DNA from: Camelus dromedarius
Taxonomy: Eukaryota
Direction of reading: 5' to 3'
NCBI RefSeq assembly: GCF_036321535.1
Contig: NC_087437.1
Coordinates: 29,328,001 to 29,392,000, forward strand
Length of the DNA: 64,000 nt
The notes under the pieces were generated by a model that saw only the letters and a list, made by a program, of their open reading frames with translations, ran no database searches and was not told the DNA's origin. Shown here piece after piece: positions 13,147-25,700 of this stretch (position 1 is the first letter of the stretch; each line of letters begins with the position of its first letter). Both the position numbers and the translations under genes were made by a program.

Positions 13147-14142
13147 AAAACTCTAAAGACTCTACACAAAAACTACTAGAACTAACAAATGAATTCAGCA
13201 AGGTAACAGGATATAAGATTAACATACAGAAATCTGTTGCATTTCTTTATACTAACAATGAAACGACAGAAAGGGAAAGTTAAAATACAACCCCTTTTAA
13301 AACAGCATCAAAAAGTAAAATACTTAGAAATAAATCTGAACAAGGAGGTGAAAGACTTACGTGCCGAGAACAATAAAACACTGATTAAAGAAATTGAAGA
13401 TGATTTAAAGAAATGGAAAGATCTCATGCTCTTAGATTGAAAGAATTAATACTGTTAAAATGGCCATACTACCCAAAGAAATCTACAGGTTTAATGCGAT
13501 ACCTATCAAATTACCCATGGCATTTTTCACAGAACTAGAACAAATGATCCTATAATATACGTGGAGCCATAAAAGACCCAGAATTGTCAAAGAAGAAAAA
13601 GAACAAAGCTTGGAGGCATAAGCCTCCAAGGCACTGGACGATACTACAGAACTACAGTAATCAAAATAACATTGTATTGGCACAACAACAGACATAAAGA
13701 TCAACGGAACAGAATAGACAGCCCAGAAATATGCCCACACACCTATGTCGTGGTCACTATGACAAAGAAGGCAAGAATATACAATGGAGAAAAGACAGTC
13801 TCTTCAGCAAGTGGTGTTGGGAAAGCTGGACAGCTGCATGTAAATCAACGAACTCTCCCTCACATCATACACAAAAATAAACTCAAAATGGCTTAAAGAC
13901 AAATAAAAGATGTGACACCATAGAACTCCTAGAAGAGAATATAGGCAAAACCTCTGATATTAACTTGTACCAATGTTTTCTTAGGTCAGTCTCCCAAGGC
14001 AATAGAAATAGATGCAAAAATAAATGGGACCTATTCAAACTTATAAGCTTTTGCACAGCAAAGGAAATCATAAACAGAACATAAAGACAACCTATGGACT
14101 GGGAAAAAATATTTGCAAATCAAGAGACTGACAAGGGCTTAA

Positions 14143-14259
<117 letters not shown>

Positions 14260-14639
14260 TGAACATGAAAAGATGCTCAACATCACTAATTACCAGATAA
14301 ATGCAAATCAAAACTACAATAAGGTATTACCTTACACAAGTGAGAATGATCATTATTAAAAAGTCTATGAATAGTAAACGCTGGAAAGGGTGTGGAGAAA
14401 AGGGAGACCTCCCTTTGCTGGTGGGAATCTAAATTGGTGCAGCCACTGTGGGGGTTCCTTCGAAAACTAAAAATAGAGTTGCCATCTGATCCAGCAATCC
14501 TACTGCTGGGCATATATTCAGAGAAAACTCTAATTCAAAAAGATACATGCACCCCAATGTTCACAGCAGCACTATTTACAATAGCAAAGATATGGAAGCA
14601 ACCTAAATGTCCATGGACAGAGTAATGGATAAAGATGTG

Positions 14640-14670
<31 letters not shown>

Positions 14671-14734
14671 TTATATATATATACACATATATATATATGT
14701 ATATACACACACACACACATACATACACAGACAC
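14640..14734. repeat. (TA)n(CA)n compound microsatellite within L1
   Basis: Directly visible. Confidence 0.9.
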
Positions 14735-15495
14735 AATGGAATACTACTCAGCCATAAAAAGAATGAAATAATGCCATTTGCAGCAACATGGATGGACCTA
14801 GTGATTATTATACTAAATCAGAAAGACAAAATAAATACCATATGATATCCCTTATATGTGGAATCTAAAATATGATATAAAATTATTTATGAAACAAAAA
14901 CAAATTCACAGACATAGGAAACAAGTTTATGGTTACCAAAGGGGAAAGCGAGTATGGGAGGAATAAATTAGGAGTTTGGGATTAGCAGATACAACTACCA
15001 TATATAAAACATAAACAACAAGGTCCTAGTGCATAGCACAGGGAACTATATTCAATATTCTGTAATAAACCATAACGGAAAAGAATATGTAAAAGAATAC
15101 ATGCATAAAAACTGAGTCACTGTGCTGTACACCACATACTCAGACAACATTGTAAATCAACTATGCTTCAATTAAACACCAAAAAGGCAAGTAAGAAATG
15201 GGGCAGAAATATATAAAACATATTCAAAAGACATAATTGGTACGGACTTATATCCAGTGTGTGTATGTGTGTGTGTGTCTGTGTGTGTGTGTGTAAACTC
15301 TTATACAGTAATTAAAGATAAACAAACCTACAGAAAAATGGGCAAATAAAATGGGACTCTGGGAAGTGGGCTCTGCCCTGTACTGCCAGTGGAAATTCAA
15401 ACTGAAAAACTTGTTTGGAAAGGCAATTACTACTCTGTAATAAAATTTAAACTTCAATCATCCTTAAAAAAAAAGAGAAAGAAATAAGAAAGGTA

Positions 15496-17150
15496 AACAA
15501 ATAAACTCAAAAGTTTTTCAAGTACTAGCAACAGCTAATTTGAAACCATCATGGAAAAATAAGAATATCACCATAAGAAAAAAATTTTACAGTAACAAAA
15601 CCAAAGATGCTAAAGAATAAGACTGACAATAAATGTGAAAAATCTACAATAGTAAAATGTATTAAACTTTACTGAAGGATATAGCAGATTTCAAACCATG
15701 TTCTTGATTAGAAAGATCTAATACAACAGTTTTCCCCAAATTAGTCTACATAGTTAGTACATTCCTCCAAAAATAAAAACAGGATGTTTCATAAAGGAGT
15801 TCATAGGGTGAAAGTTCATTTGAAAGGAAAAAATGCAGGATGGTCATGAAAATTTTAAAGAAATAATCACAGTAAGGATGTCTTCCCTTACACAGTATCT
15901 AGCATACTGTCAACTATAGTAATGAAAACATTTAAGTTCTAGTGCAGGAACAGGCAAATAAGCAAAAGGCACAGGGTATTGAAGTGGACCCACACGTAGA
16001 TAATTTTTTAGTTTATAATAAAGAATGTTCAATTGAGAGAAAAAGCCCAGTCAATAAATTTTTTAGTATTAGCTATCCACTTGGAAAAAAATAATATTTC
16101 CAGATTTCACATCATTCACCAAAAGAATTTTAGCTAAGTAGCTAAGCATAAAATAACCCCAAATCATAGAAAGCATTTGTGAAAACTATGTTCATAACTC
16201 GTATGTGGTAAAAGTCTTCTCATAAAAGCTACAAAACCCAGATGCTATAAAGGAAGAAAAGGAAACTGATTTATTTCTACATACAGTTTTTGAATTTTCT
16301 AACAGATACTATGAAGATAATTGAGTAGTTAAAAGTAGATTTTGGAGTCAGAGCTCCAAAAGAGTTCTGCCATTTGGTTATGTGGCCTTGGTAAATTATG
16401 GAACTGCTCCATGCTTCAGTTTTTTATGTGTAAAATGAACATAATAACAGAACCTTCTTCATAGGACTATTGCGAACAGTAAATGAGTTAATATGTAAAG
16501 TATCTAAGACAGTGCTTGTCCACAGTATGTGTGTTTGCTACTGTTAAAAAGACACGTTGAGAAAAACATATTTGTAATATAATGAATATACATAGGACCA
16601 AGTTTTAGAATATATAAGTAACTCCAACAAGTCATTAAGAAAAATAAAATATAGGTAAAGAATATGAACAAACAGTTCACAGAAGAAAAAGGTATATAAC
16701 CATACACACTTATACTGGAAATACAAGAAATGAAATGTAAAAATTTTCAAAATGGCAAAAAAAAAATTTATGTTATCAAACATTGCCAAAGATATGGAGA
16801 AAGGTTAGTAGAACTGTAAGTTGATAAAAACATAAAAGGCAACTTAACAGTGTCTGTAAAAGGTAAATGGCCTCCCATTATTTCTAGCAATTCCACCTGA
16901 AGAAATACATCCCACAGAAATAAGCCCACGTGAGTACAAAGATGTATATGCAAAGGTGTTTTCTACAACACTGCTCATACAGAGAAAGACTGTTAAAGTC
17001 CTAAGTGTCCATCCCTTGGAAAGGTTTTAATAAAGTATCTCTCACCCACTCAATGAAAATGACGTAAATCTTAAAAAAGAATGAGATAGTCATATACAGA
17101 CTGATAAAGAAAAACAAAGCCATCAAGTTCTATTATTAAGTTAAAAAGCA
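15496..17150 (+). mobile_element. Old L1M ORF2/3' fragment, right part, containing a MIR
   Basis: Continues the degraded ORF2 from 11491 (ccatgttcttgattagaaaga, ttttccccaaattagtctaca, aatatgaacaaacagttcacagaagaa, ctagcaattccacct). Confidence 0.7.
16325..16545 (+). mobile_element. MIR SINE
   Basis: tttggagtcaga...tgtggccttggtaaatt...cttcagttttttatgtgtaaaatg...aaatgagttaatatgtaaag. Confidence 0.75.
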
Positions 17151-17194
17151 TGTTACAAGTCAGTATATCCTTATTTATAAATACATTTAATGTT

Positions 17195-17335
17195 TATTTT
17201 TGTTTGTTTTTGCTTTGGGAGGAGGTAATTAGGTTTATTTATTTACTTATTTATTTTGATGGAGGTACTGGGGACTGAACTTAGGACTTCGTGCATGCTA
17301 AGCATGTGCTTTATTACTGAGCTATACCCTCCCCC
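17195..17335 (-). mobile_element. tRNA-Ala-derived SINE (vic-1-like, camelid), copy 1
   Basis: The reverse complement reads ggggagggtatagctcagt...gcttagcatgcacg...ccccagtacctcca, then an AT-rich body and an A-rich tail. TSD atttaatgtt (17185-17194) / atttaacgtt (17338-17347). Confidence 0.88.
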
Positions 17336-18729
17336 TTATTTAACGTTAACATTGACATATGTATTATATAAATGCACAGAAAGTTAGCTGGATATGTCTT
17401 CCCAAACACTACTTATTGCTGGGAATTGGAGGAAGAAATCTTCATGTAGGGAGATGGGTTATTTAATGTTGGTAGAAGGGGTAGGGATTGAAGTTTAAAA
17501 AGAACAAAAAGAAAAAAGCATAGAGAAAACGAATAGCAAGACATGATTTCTTCTCTCCATGAAATTATAATCTAGAATGGACCATAAAGCAAGTTATAAA
17601 AATGTGCTTATGCAAGCATCTATCTACATCTAGATCCATACCTAACAAGTTAGGATCAGTATGAGGATCAAGTGAAACAATATATGTAAATGCTTAACAA
17701 CATTCTTGGTAACATGGTAAACCCTCTGAAATATTTGCAAGTACATACGTACGTGTGTATGTGTATATATACATATTTACTGTGAAGTATAAACAAACAT
17801 GATAAATGCTAGTGACTAAGAACTGACATTTTTCTCTTTGGCATCAGTATAATTCCACAGCGTTTAATACCATCTGATGTCTTCCTTGTTCACATGCTAA
17901 CCTCTATATGGTCTGCTGGCTTTGTCTCATAGTATTTGGAAGAGAACTTGGCACACAGTATAAACTCAAAAAATGTTTGTTGAATCATGATTTCTTTCTG
18001 CCAGGGCTTATCTTTTGCACTCATTAAAGTATTTCCTACTATGGTAAATGCTTCGGTGGTAATCCCTAACTACCTCCAGCAAACATTTCAAAACAGGGGT
18101 TTGAGTTCTATACTTTCACTAATATCTTGACTTGCTAAAAACAGTATCTGACCAAATTCATCAGTTATCTAGAGCAAGCTTCATGAGCTATTTTGCTCAA
18201 ACAACAAAAAGGTGGATGTTCTTTCTGTGAAATGTCTCTCCAATTAAGAATGAGCAAATGAAATTTTATTGGTCCCAAGAATCCCAGAACAGCATCAGTG
18301 CTTGCCAAATACAGGAAGGCATCAGGGAGGAAAACACGTTTGTCTTCAAGTTTCCAATATTCAACTATCTAGAATGACCAGAGGAAATAAGAAAATAGCA
18401 ATTGGCAGTATCGGTTTAAATTAACGCCAAAACGTTTTACTCTTCTCTCCTCTTGGAAAAAATTCTGTTGCTAAGGGAAGCTTTGTGTAAGGAAGGACAA
18501 ATATCTGTTAAGCTTCTAAAGTTTAATTTCCTCTTGAGAAAAGTATGAAAATCTATGGTGTGTGGAATTCTGGTTGTGTGCCATAAGCTCTTTGGGATCA
18601 TTGAAGGCAAAACCTTGGGATTTGCAATTACAAAGACAGGAAAGATGTCACACATGTGCCATTTATCTTCTTCTTTTGGCACATTTATCTCTTATTATTA
18701 ATTGGTAAGAACACTTTGCACATTATGTT

Positions 18730-19680
18730 ATTAATTTTTTACTACTGATATTGTAAATACTTTTTAGAAAAGTTGTTTTATGTCTTTTACAATCTATATA
18801 TGGCATGTTGTTCACACAGAATGTTTTAATTGTTATGTAGTCAAACCATGTAACTGTTGTTGTTGTTCTGGTTTCTGGCTGGAGTTTCATGTTGAGAAAG
18901 ACCATTCCAAACCCAAAATAATTAAAGTAACAAGCAATATTTCCTTCTATTGATTTTATAAACGTTTTGTTATTGTAATAGTTGATAAATCTAAAATTTA
19001 CTTAGGTTTATGGTGTGAGTTAGTAATCAAATCTTTTCCAAAATGATCTCTTTGTCAAGCATACTACTTTAATGTTTATTGGGGCAAATTCTTTCCACCC
19101 CATTGTTCTTCATTTTTGAAATTCTCCTGGCTATATTTTAATGTTTATTTTTCCAAATTAGTATTTTAAAAAATAACTTTAAAGATATTTGTTAATATAG
19201 TATCATTGCAAACATTTAAAACAATATGGCATAAAATATAATTTCCTCTTGTTACTTCTTATTTCTATGCTTCTCCCCAAAAGTAATGATGGCTAACACT
19301 TTTTCTTATCATTTTAAGATATATATTTTATCAAGATATGTATTTTATCAAGATACACACACCACACATGCACATATACACATACATGTATATTTATCAA
19401 TCCTCAAGTGGATATGTATTTATATTTTTCTATTTTTTTTCCATAACACACACGGTTCTTCATAATGGAATCACCACTGTACAAACATCTTTTTGCGCTT
19501 CTGCATCTCTTTTAGATTCTTAAAACTGAAATTATTGGGCCATGGAGTATCAACAGTTGAAAAACTGCTAAATTGCCTCCAAAAAGGATTTGAACATTTA
19601 CTCTCCCATGAAATGTACATGGAAGTGCCTGTTTCTTCATTCAGTCACCAGTTTTTGAGAATCATTTGCTAAAAATGGCT
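18730..19680 (-). mobile_element. Old L1M/L1ME fragments
   Basis: Antisense L1-like tracts (gttttaattgttatgtagtcaaa, tttatggtgtgag, attattgggccatggagtat...ctaaattgcctccaaaaagg). Confidence 0.55.
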
Positions 19681-20689
19681 TGTATTTTGAGTTTCCATGG
19701 AAGAGAATCAATAGACTAGTTGTTGCTAGAACCCAGTAAATTGAGAAAGTACATCACTATGATGTAGAAAAACAACTAATAATAAAACAAATAACAGAAT
19801 TAATATACTCCAAATTACTAGGGGTGAGGTGTAACTGAGCAAACACAGATCATAGAACAAAAGGAGTATAAAGGGAATACTTCAGAACCATAAAAAGAAA
19901 AAACCAAAAATACCAATAATCAAACTAATGCCAAATATTTTCCTCATTATAGTAAGTGTGAATGGAATATCTACTTATTAAATAAAAACAAAACAAAACA
20001 AAAACCCCCAAAGCCAAGTGAAGTATAAAAATGTTCCTTATCAAAACCTATGAGATGAGACAAAGTTTACACAGAAGAAAAAAGAAATGATTAAAATAAA
20101 ATCAATTTTTTAAGAAGTTTGATAAAGAACAGAAGATTCACCTAAGGACAGCAGAATTATGGTGAAATGGAAAAAATATTTAAAAATTAATTGATAAAAT
20201 AGCAATTCCTTTAAATTGTTAATAAACTGGAGATACTTGTTAGTATGATCAAAAAATAATTGTACAGAATGTCCTCCTATTTATTTCTTTCTCTGATCAT
20301 AGGACTTATTTTAATCATAATTATGTATTTTAATTTTCTCTTTAGATCTTTAAATTCATGTGTACAAAAAAGTGCATGGGTTAACACTATACATGTATAG
20401 AGTACACTATTAGTAAATATGAATGTACACTATTTGAAAATGTAGTTCTTTCTATAAATGTGGGAATAAAATTTCTAGATAAATTTATAGATGACTCAGC
20501 TCCTACAAAAGTGGAAAAGTGCATCATTATCTTTAGTAATCTAATATTTTAGAATAAGTGATTTTACTAATAAACCTTTTTAAAAAATTTGTTTATTCAA
20601 CAAATATTCAACAAATAGCTATGTATTACAAGATATCAGCCTAGGCAAATGGAAATATAATAGAGAAAAGGTACATGGACTTTAAGGTT

Positions 20690-21250
20690 TTTTGGTTATC
20701 CTTGAAAAATAATGAAATTAACAAGGATATGATTCATTATTCGCAATTTTTAAATCTTTTTTTTTCTGGCACACGGTGGACCTACAAAACCTGAGGAGTT
20801 ACACTTTCTTTCATTTAATGAAAATCATCGTCTATAGTAACAAATGTTACTATGTTCCCTCCGTGTACATGCACTGTTTGTTCTCCCAATCTCATCTTTT
20901 CTAGTAACTTCCATCGTGGTGCTTTTTCTCTGTCTTCTCTGCTGTTCTTTTTAAATACTTCTTGCATGTTATTGACTTGATTTTCTGCCAGATCTGCTCT
21001 CTCTGACTTCTAATTTGGTTTTAATATCTGCTATGGCTTCATTTTCCTCCATAATTTCTTACCTTAGTTCTGCTAACAAAATATCAAATCTTCATCTCTT
21101 ATAGAATTCATGATATTTTAAAATCTTGAGAGTGAGAAACAGTTATCTGTGGTTTTTTTCCAGATTTTAAAAAAATATTTATTTTTGTGCTCTTCATCCT
21201 TCCACTGAAGAAATTTTGCATAGTTCTAACGTTAGTTATTTGCTATCTTA
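20690..21250 (-). mobile_element. Old L1/HAL1-like ORF1-region fragment
   Basis: Pyrimidine-rich antisense ORF1-like sequence, heavily degraded. Confidence 0.4.
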
Positions 21251-21924
21251 TCTTCACATCATTTAATTACAGCCTGCTACTAGACACCGAATAGTGTTGC
21301 ATAGGCCCCTGATTCCACTTCCTGTTTATCTGAAAATCACTTGAGTAGTACTTTTCAACTACTGCTACACATTAAAAGCACTTAAAAAAAATATGCCTGC
21401 ATCCCTGTCTAGAAAATTAAATTTCAATTTTCAGGGGCAGGCCTCAGATGAGTCTCTCACATCATTGAGCTAAAGGCTACATGCTATTGGTTGTTATTAT
21501 CTGTTCATCTGCTTGAGGGTAACAGAGATAGGACTGGAAGCTGAACCTGAGACATGGGCACAGTAAATCATCTTTCCTCTATTTGCTGACAGACTGTCAC
21601 CTGGGCCACCTCCATGGAGTGGTTCCAGGGCACCCAATTGTATTTTGTTGGCTGTAGCCATTCACTGCCTTCCAATGAAATTAACCTTCCTTTGACACAC
21701 CTATTCCTATGCCCTGAGGTTACATTCCAACATTAACAGATTTTTAAGTGCTGGAAGGAACCTAACAGTCACCTATTCCCATGTAAGAACACTAAGACAC
21801 GGAAGGGTTGAGATAGTTGCCTAGGGTACACGGGCAGAGGGTGGTATGTGAACCAGGCGTATGACATATTAGACGCTGTTAGGTGGTTTATCCACATGCC
21901 ACTGATTACATTAAAATGATCAAC

Positions 21925-22480
21925 CACCTATCCAGCATTCATTCCCTATCTTCCTACTGCCTAACAGCTTCCAGATTCTCTTTGAGAAAACACCATTTCT
22001 CCCAATTCAACCTTTAGTTCCCACATTCATCAAAAATCTCCTTATGCTTGCCAAGTAATTAGTTTGGGGATGGGCAGGAAACCAGGTACAAGCCAAGCAA
22101 CACACAGCCTTCGCCTGGATCTGCTGATCTGTTTCAGACTGATTTTGTCAGAGCAAAGCCCAGGTCTTTTAAGTGGATGTGGGAGGCAGTGCTCTTCCTC
22201 ACTCTCCTACTGACATGAATGAGAAGTGCACAACTCCTGCTGCTTCCAGCAGCCAGACTGCGACCATCAGTGAAGCCAGCATAAGGGCAGGGGCCAGACA
22301 CAAAAACAAAGGGAAAGCAAGAGTACTGGGGGAAAAATAGAGATGCCCTGATTGAACTCTGCTCAACACTTCCCACTCTTGGACTTCTCAGTGAAAAGGA
22401 GCCAGTAACATTTCCTTTATTGTCTAAATTCTGAGCAGAGTTTTCTCTCCCTTGCAACTGGAAGCATCGTATTTGAATCA
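21925..22480 (+). mobile_element. Old MLT1 (J/K/L-like) MaLR LTR
   Basis: 3' end ggacttctcagt...gagccagtaacatttcctttattgt...ttttctctcccttgcaactggaagcatc is typical of old MLT1. Confidence 0.65.
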
Positions 22481-22528
22481 GATTTATTACCATTGCCATT
22501 TCACAGAAGAAACCACCTGAGGCTGTCC

Positions 22529-22728
22529 TGTGCTGTCCAATTTAGTAGACCCTAGCCATCTGTGGCTCTTTAAATTAATTACAGTAACTAAAATGAAAAA
22601 TTCAGTGCCTCTGTTGCACTGGCCAGCTGTCAAGAGCTCCAGAGCCACGTGTGGCTAGTGGCTGCCTCACTGGACAGCACACGTGTACAACACTGACGTC
22701 ATCACAGAAAGATCTACTGGATATCGCG
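22529..22728. mobile_element. MER3 hAT-Charlie MITE, nested in a MIR
   Basis: ctgtgctgtccaat...tagccatctgtggct...aaaattcagt...agccacgtgtggctagtggct...tggacagcac...catcacagaaagatctactgga matches the MER3 layout. MIR-like sequence lies on both flanks. Confidence 0.8.
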
Positions 22729-25700
22729 GGTGAAAGATAAGGATCTTAAGTAATTTGTCCCTAGTTACCCACCTGTTACATGCCAGAACTATTATCTGAA
22801 CCCAAGTTTCAGGTGCCTAGAGGAGTGTTCTATCATATTCATCAAGATCCTATGGTCAAACGTTGTTGACAATGTGTGTTACTAGCTAGTGAAATTGGGC
22901 CACTTGTTTGATGTTTACATTCTAGCTCTAAATACAGCGTCAACGAACGGTCCGTGAGATACATACACTCATGACCTGGGTTGCCTCATTCGTACTGTGT
23001 AAACCCTTATTCATGCTAATTTAAACTTTAGTTTCTAGCACTTTTATCACCAATATTTGTATTTGTTGTTCTTGCCCAAATTTATGTCAATGGTTAAACC
23101 TTCTCCTAACACTTTCATTGTTACTGCTTTAATTTTTCTCAAGATTCTTCAGGGGTTTCCGTTCCTTTGTGAATCAGCTAAATGTCTGTCTTTGCCTTTT
23201 TATTTTCAAATACTTGCACATCAGAAAGCTTTCCCCAAGGTATCTGAGCTCTTCTCTTGACAGACACTGTGACATGAACAAAAAAATAGTACAAACTCCT
23301 CCATGCATGTCTGAAAACGAATTTGACAAAGCTTATTAATACCAGTAGCCTTCTGGCCATTTTTAAATCCAAGCATTGTGTTCATTGGCAGTAAAGCTTA
23401 TTTCTTTTTGACTTTCTTTTTAATAAATAACCTATTGAACATTTGAAGTGCTTGCTTGTTATCAAATTTAGAATTAATTGCACTGCATTTCTCCAGGCAG
23501 ATTAATAAAGCTGCCTATTGCAGAATTCTATTCTAATGGACATATTGTGGTACTATTGAAAATAATACTGAACATAAATGAAATAAAGATTTAGTTTCAA
23601 GCATGACTAAGTTTACAGTCACATTAACTAATGGATAATATGAGATTTTAATCTTGGAATCTGTAAAAAAAATTTTGTATTATAAATGGCATATTCTAGT
23701 TGCTTTAATATAAAATACAGACACATATGTTGTATCAAAAATGCTTTCCTAAGTCATTTTCTTATGCAAATTTTATATTTATTCTACCAGTTTTCACTCT
23801 ATGTAATTTTTAAACTTTGATAGAAGATATAAGATTTTGTACTACAGCAAAGTGCATTAGGCATTGGTATTCAAGTACAGAAAGCAGTGTTAATCCTGGG
23901 TTTTACCATGCTGTTATTTTGGTATTACTGCTAAGTTGCTTCATTGGAAATGGTGCTTCCATAACAGAGAGCTCAATTAAGGTTAATTAGCAGAAAGGAC
24001 TTGACATCCATGACTAATAACCTAACTGCTACGCTAATGCACCGTGGTTCTTGAACCATGCGTTTAGCACCAGGTGTGATCTTTCTAGAGTAACTGGAAT
24101 AAAGTGTCTTTTCTATATGCTTATTCAGGAGAAACAATCCCTAGGTGAGCCTTAGTAATATTTAAGATAATTTTGTCATTTAAGTTTGAGTAATAATATT
24201 TGCCTCCCATTATATTATTGCCGTGAAATGATGACAAAGATGTATGCAGTATCATTGCTGTGAAAGGCAGTTGTATACACAAACAAAAGGCACCTTTATT
24301 TCTTATATTTGTACCTTATTCACAGTCCTCTTTCTTCTTGCAGTACACCTTTCTGTAACATAGGGCTCCCAAGTTAAACAGAGGTGTAACATAATGGGAG
24401 GCTAACAAAGAGCAAAATGCATCTGAGTACATAGATTTTTGGTCACACAACAACCATGAAAACAAAATAAGATCCATTCTTGGCAGCGAGAATTGCCCTG
24501 AGCATTTACCCCCATCATAAACATCTTGTGATTTTTGTTTTATCTGTATTCAACTCGTATTTTGGAGATCTCACCTTATTTTAGGAACATTTATTTTATC
24601 TTCCCTGGATCAAAGTGATTCTTGAGCTAGCATCAGAAGTATTCAACCAAATACTTGTGTGGATACAGTCAGTATAGGGGAAAGAACACAGCTTGGAAAT
24701 CCAAAGGTCTGAGTCCTAAGATAAGTAAACTATGAGCAGATTTCCTTTATAGAGTGTAGAAAGTAATAATAACCTTGTCTGTCTTGCTTACTACTGTGTA
24801 ACTTAAAACAGTGCTTGTAACTTAACTGGGAAGTTGGAAGTGCTCAATAAGTACTAAGTGAATAAATGAATGACAAGAGAGGTAATGGACTATGCTATCT
24901 TCCAGGTCTAACTGTAATGCTTTCTATAGCAATCCTACTGTGTGCTCGACTGTGTTAATCACACTTAATAGACATGAAAATGTCTTCTCTTTTGAATCTT
25001 CTTCTGTTGTAATATGAAGGATACAACTTATGCTATGGAATTCCTTAAAGGAATAAATGTTTCAAATGCATGTGAAAAGCACTGCAAATGAAAAAGCCTA
25101 ATACCAGTGTTAGTCATTACATCATCTCTCTGGACACATCCTGCTTCATCATCCTGCATTTCCTGGCATTTGGAGACAGTGGTGAAAGATGTTTTGCTGA
25201 AGAAAGAAAGATTATAACTAGAGACAACAGTGTAGAGAAAACAGATGCTTAGTGGGATAAAGATGCAAATACAATGGTGATACATTTAGTTTGTTGTGAT
25301 CAAATGAATGTGTTTATTAACTAAGTAAATCTGTGCAAAAGTTTCCATTTTCAACGCCAAAATGTATACACCACAACCAAATGCTTGGTTGATATCAGAA
25401 TACTCTGAAGAGTCTAAGTGATAATTTTACCACTCATTTTCCTAATAAGAATCCACCACTAACATGAACCAAGAAACAAAAAAGCCAGACTCTTAATAGT
25501 GCTTACAGCAGGTCTCCCAGAAGTTAAACTCCTTTCTTGGGAAGCCGCCCTGTGCCGTCCCAGTCCAGATCTTACACCCGAGTCTTGAACTTCACCTCTT
25601 CAGGGAAGTCTTTCCTCAGCCCTTCAGGCTAGAGGGTATTTCCATTCCTAAAATGCCTCCAGCGCTTGGTGACATGTGCCCACGGTTTTTGAGAGGATAC

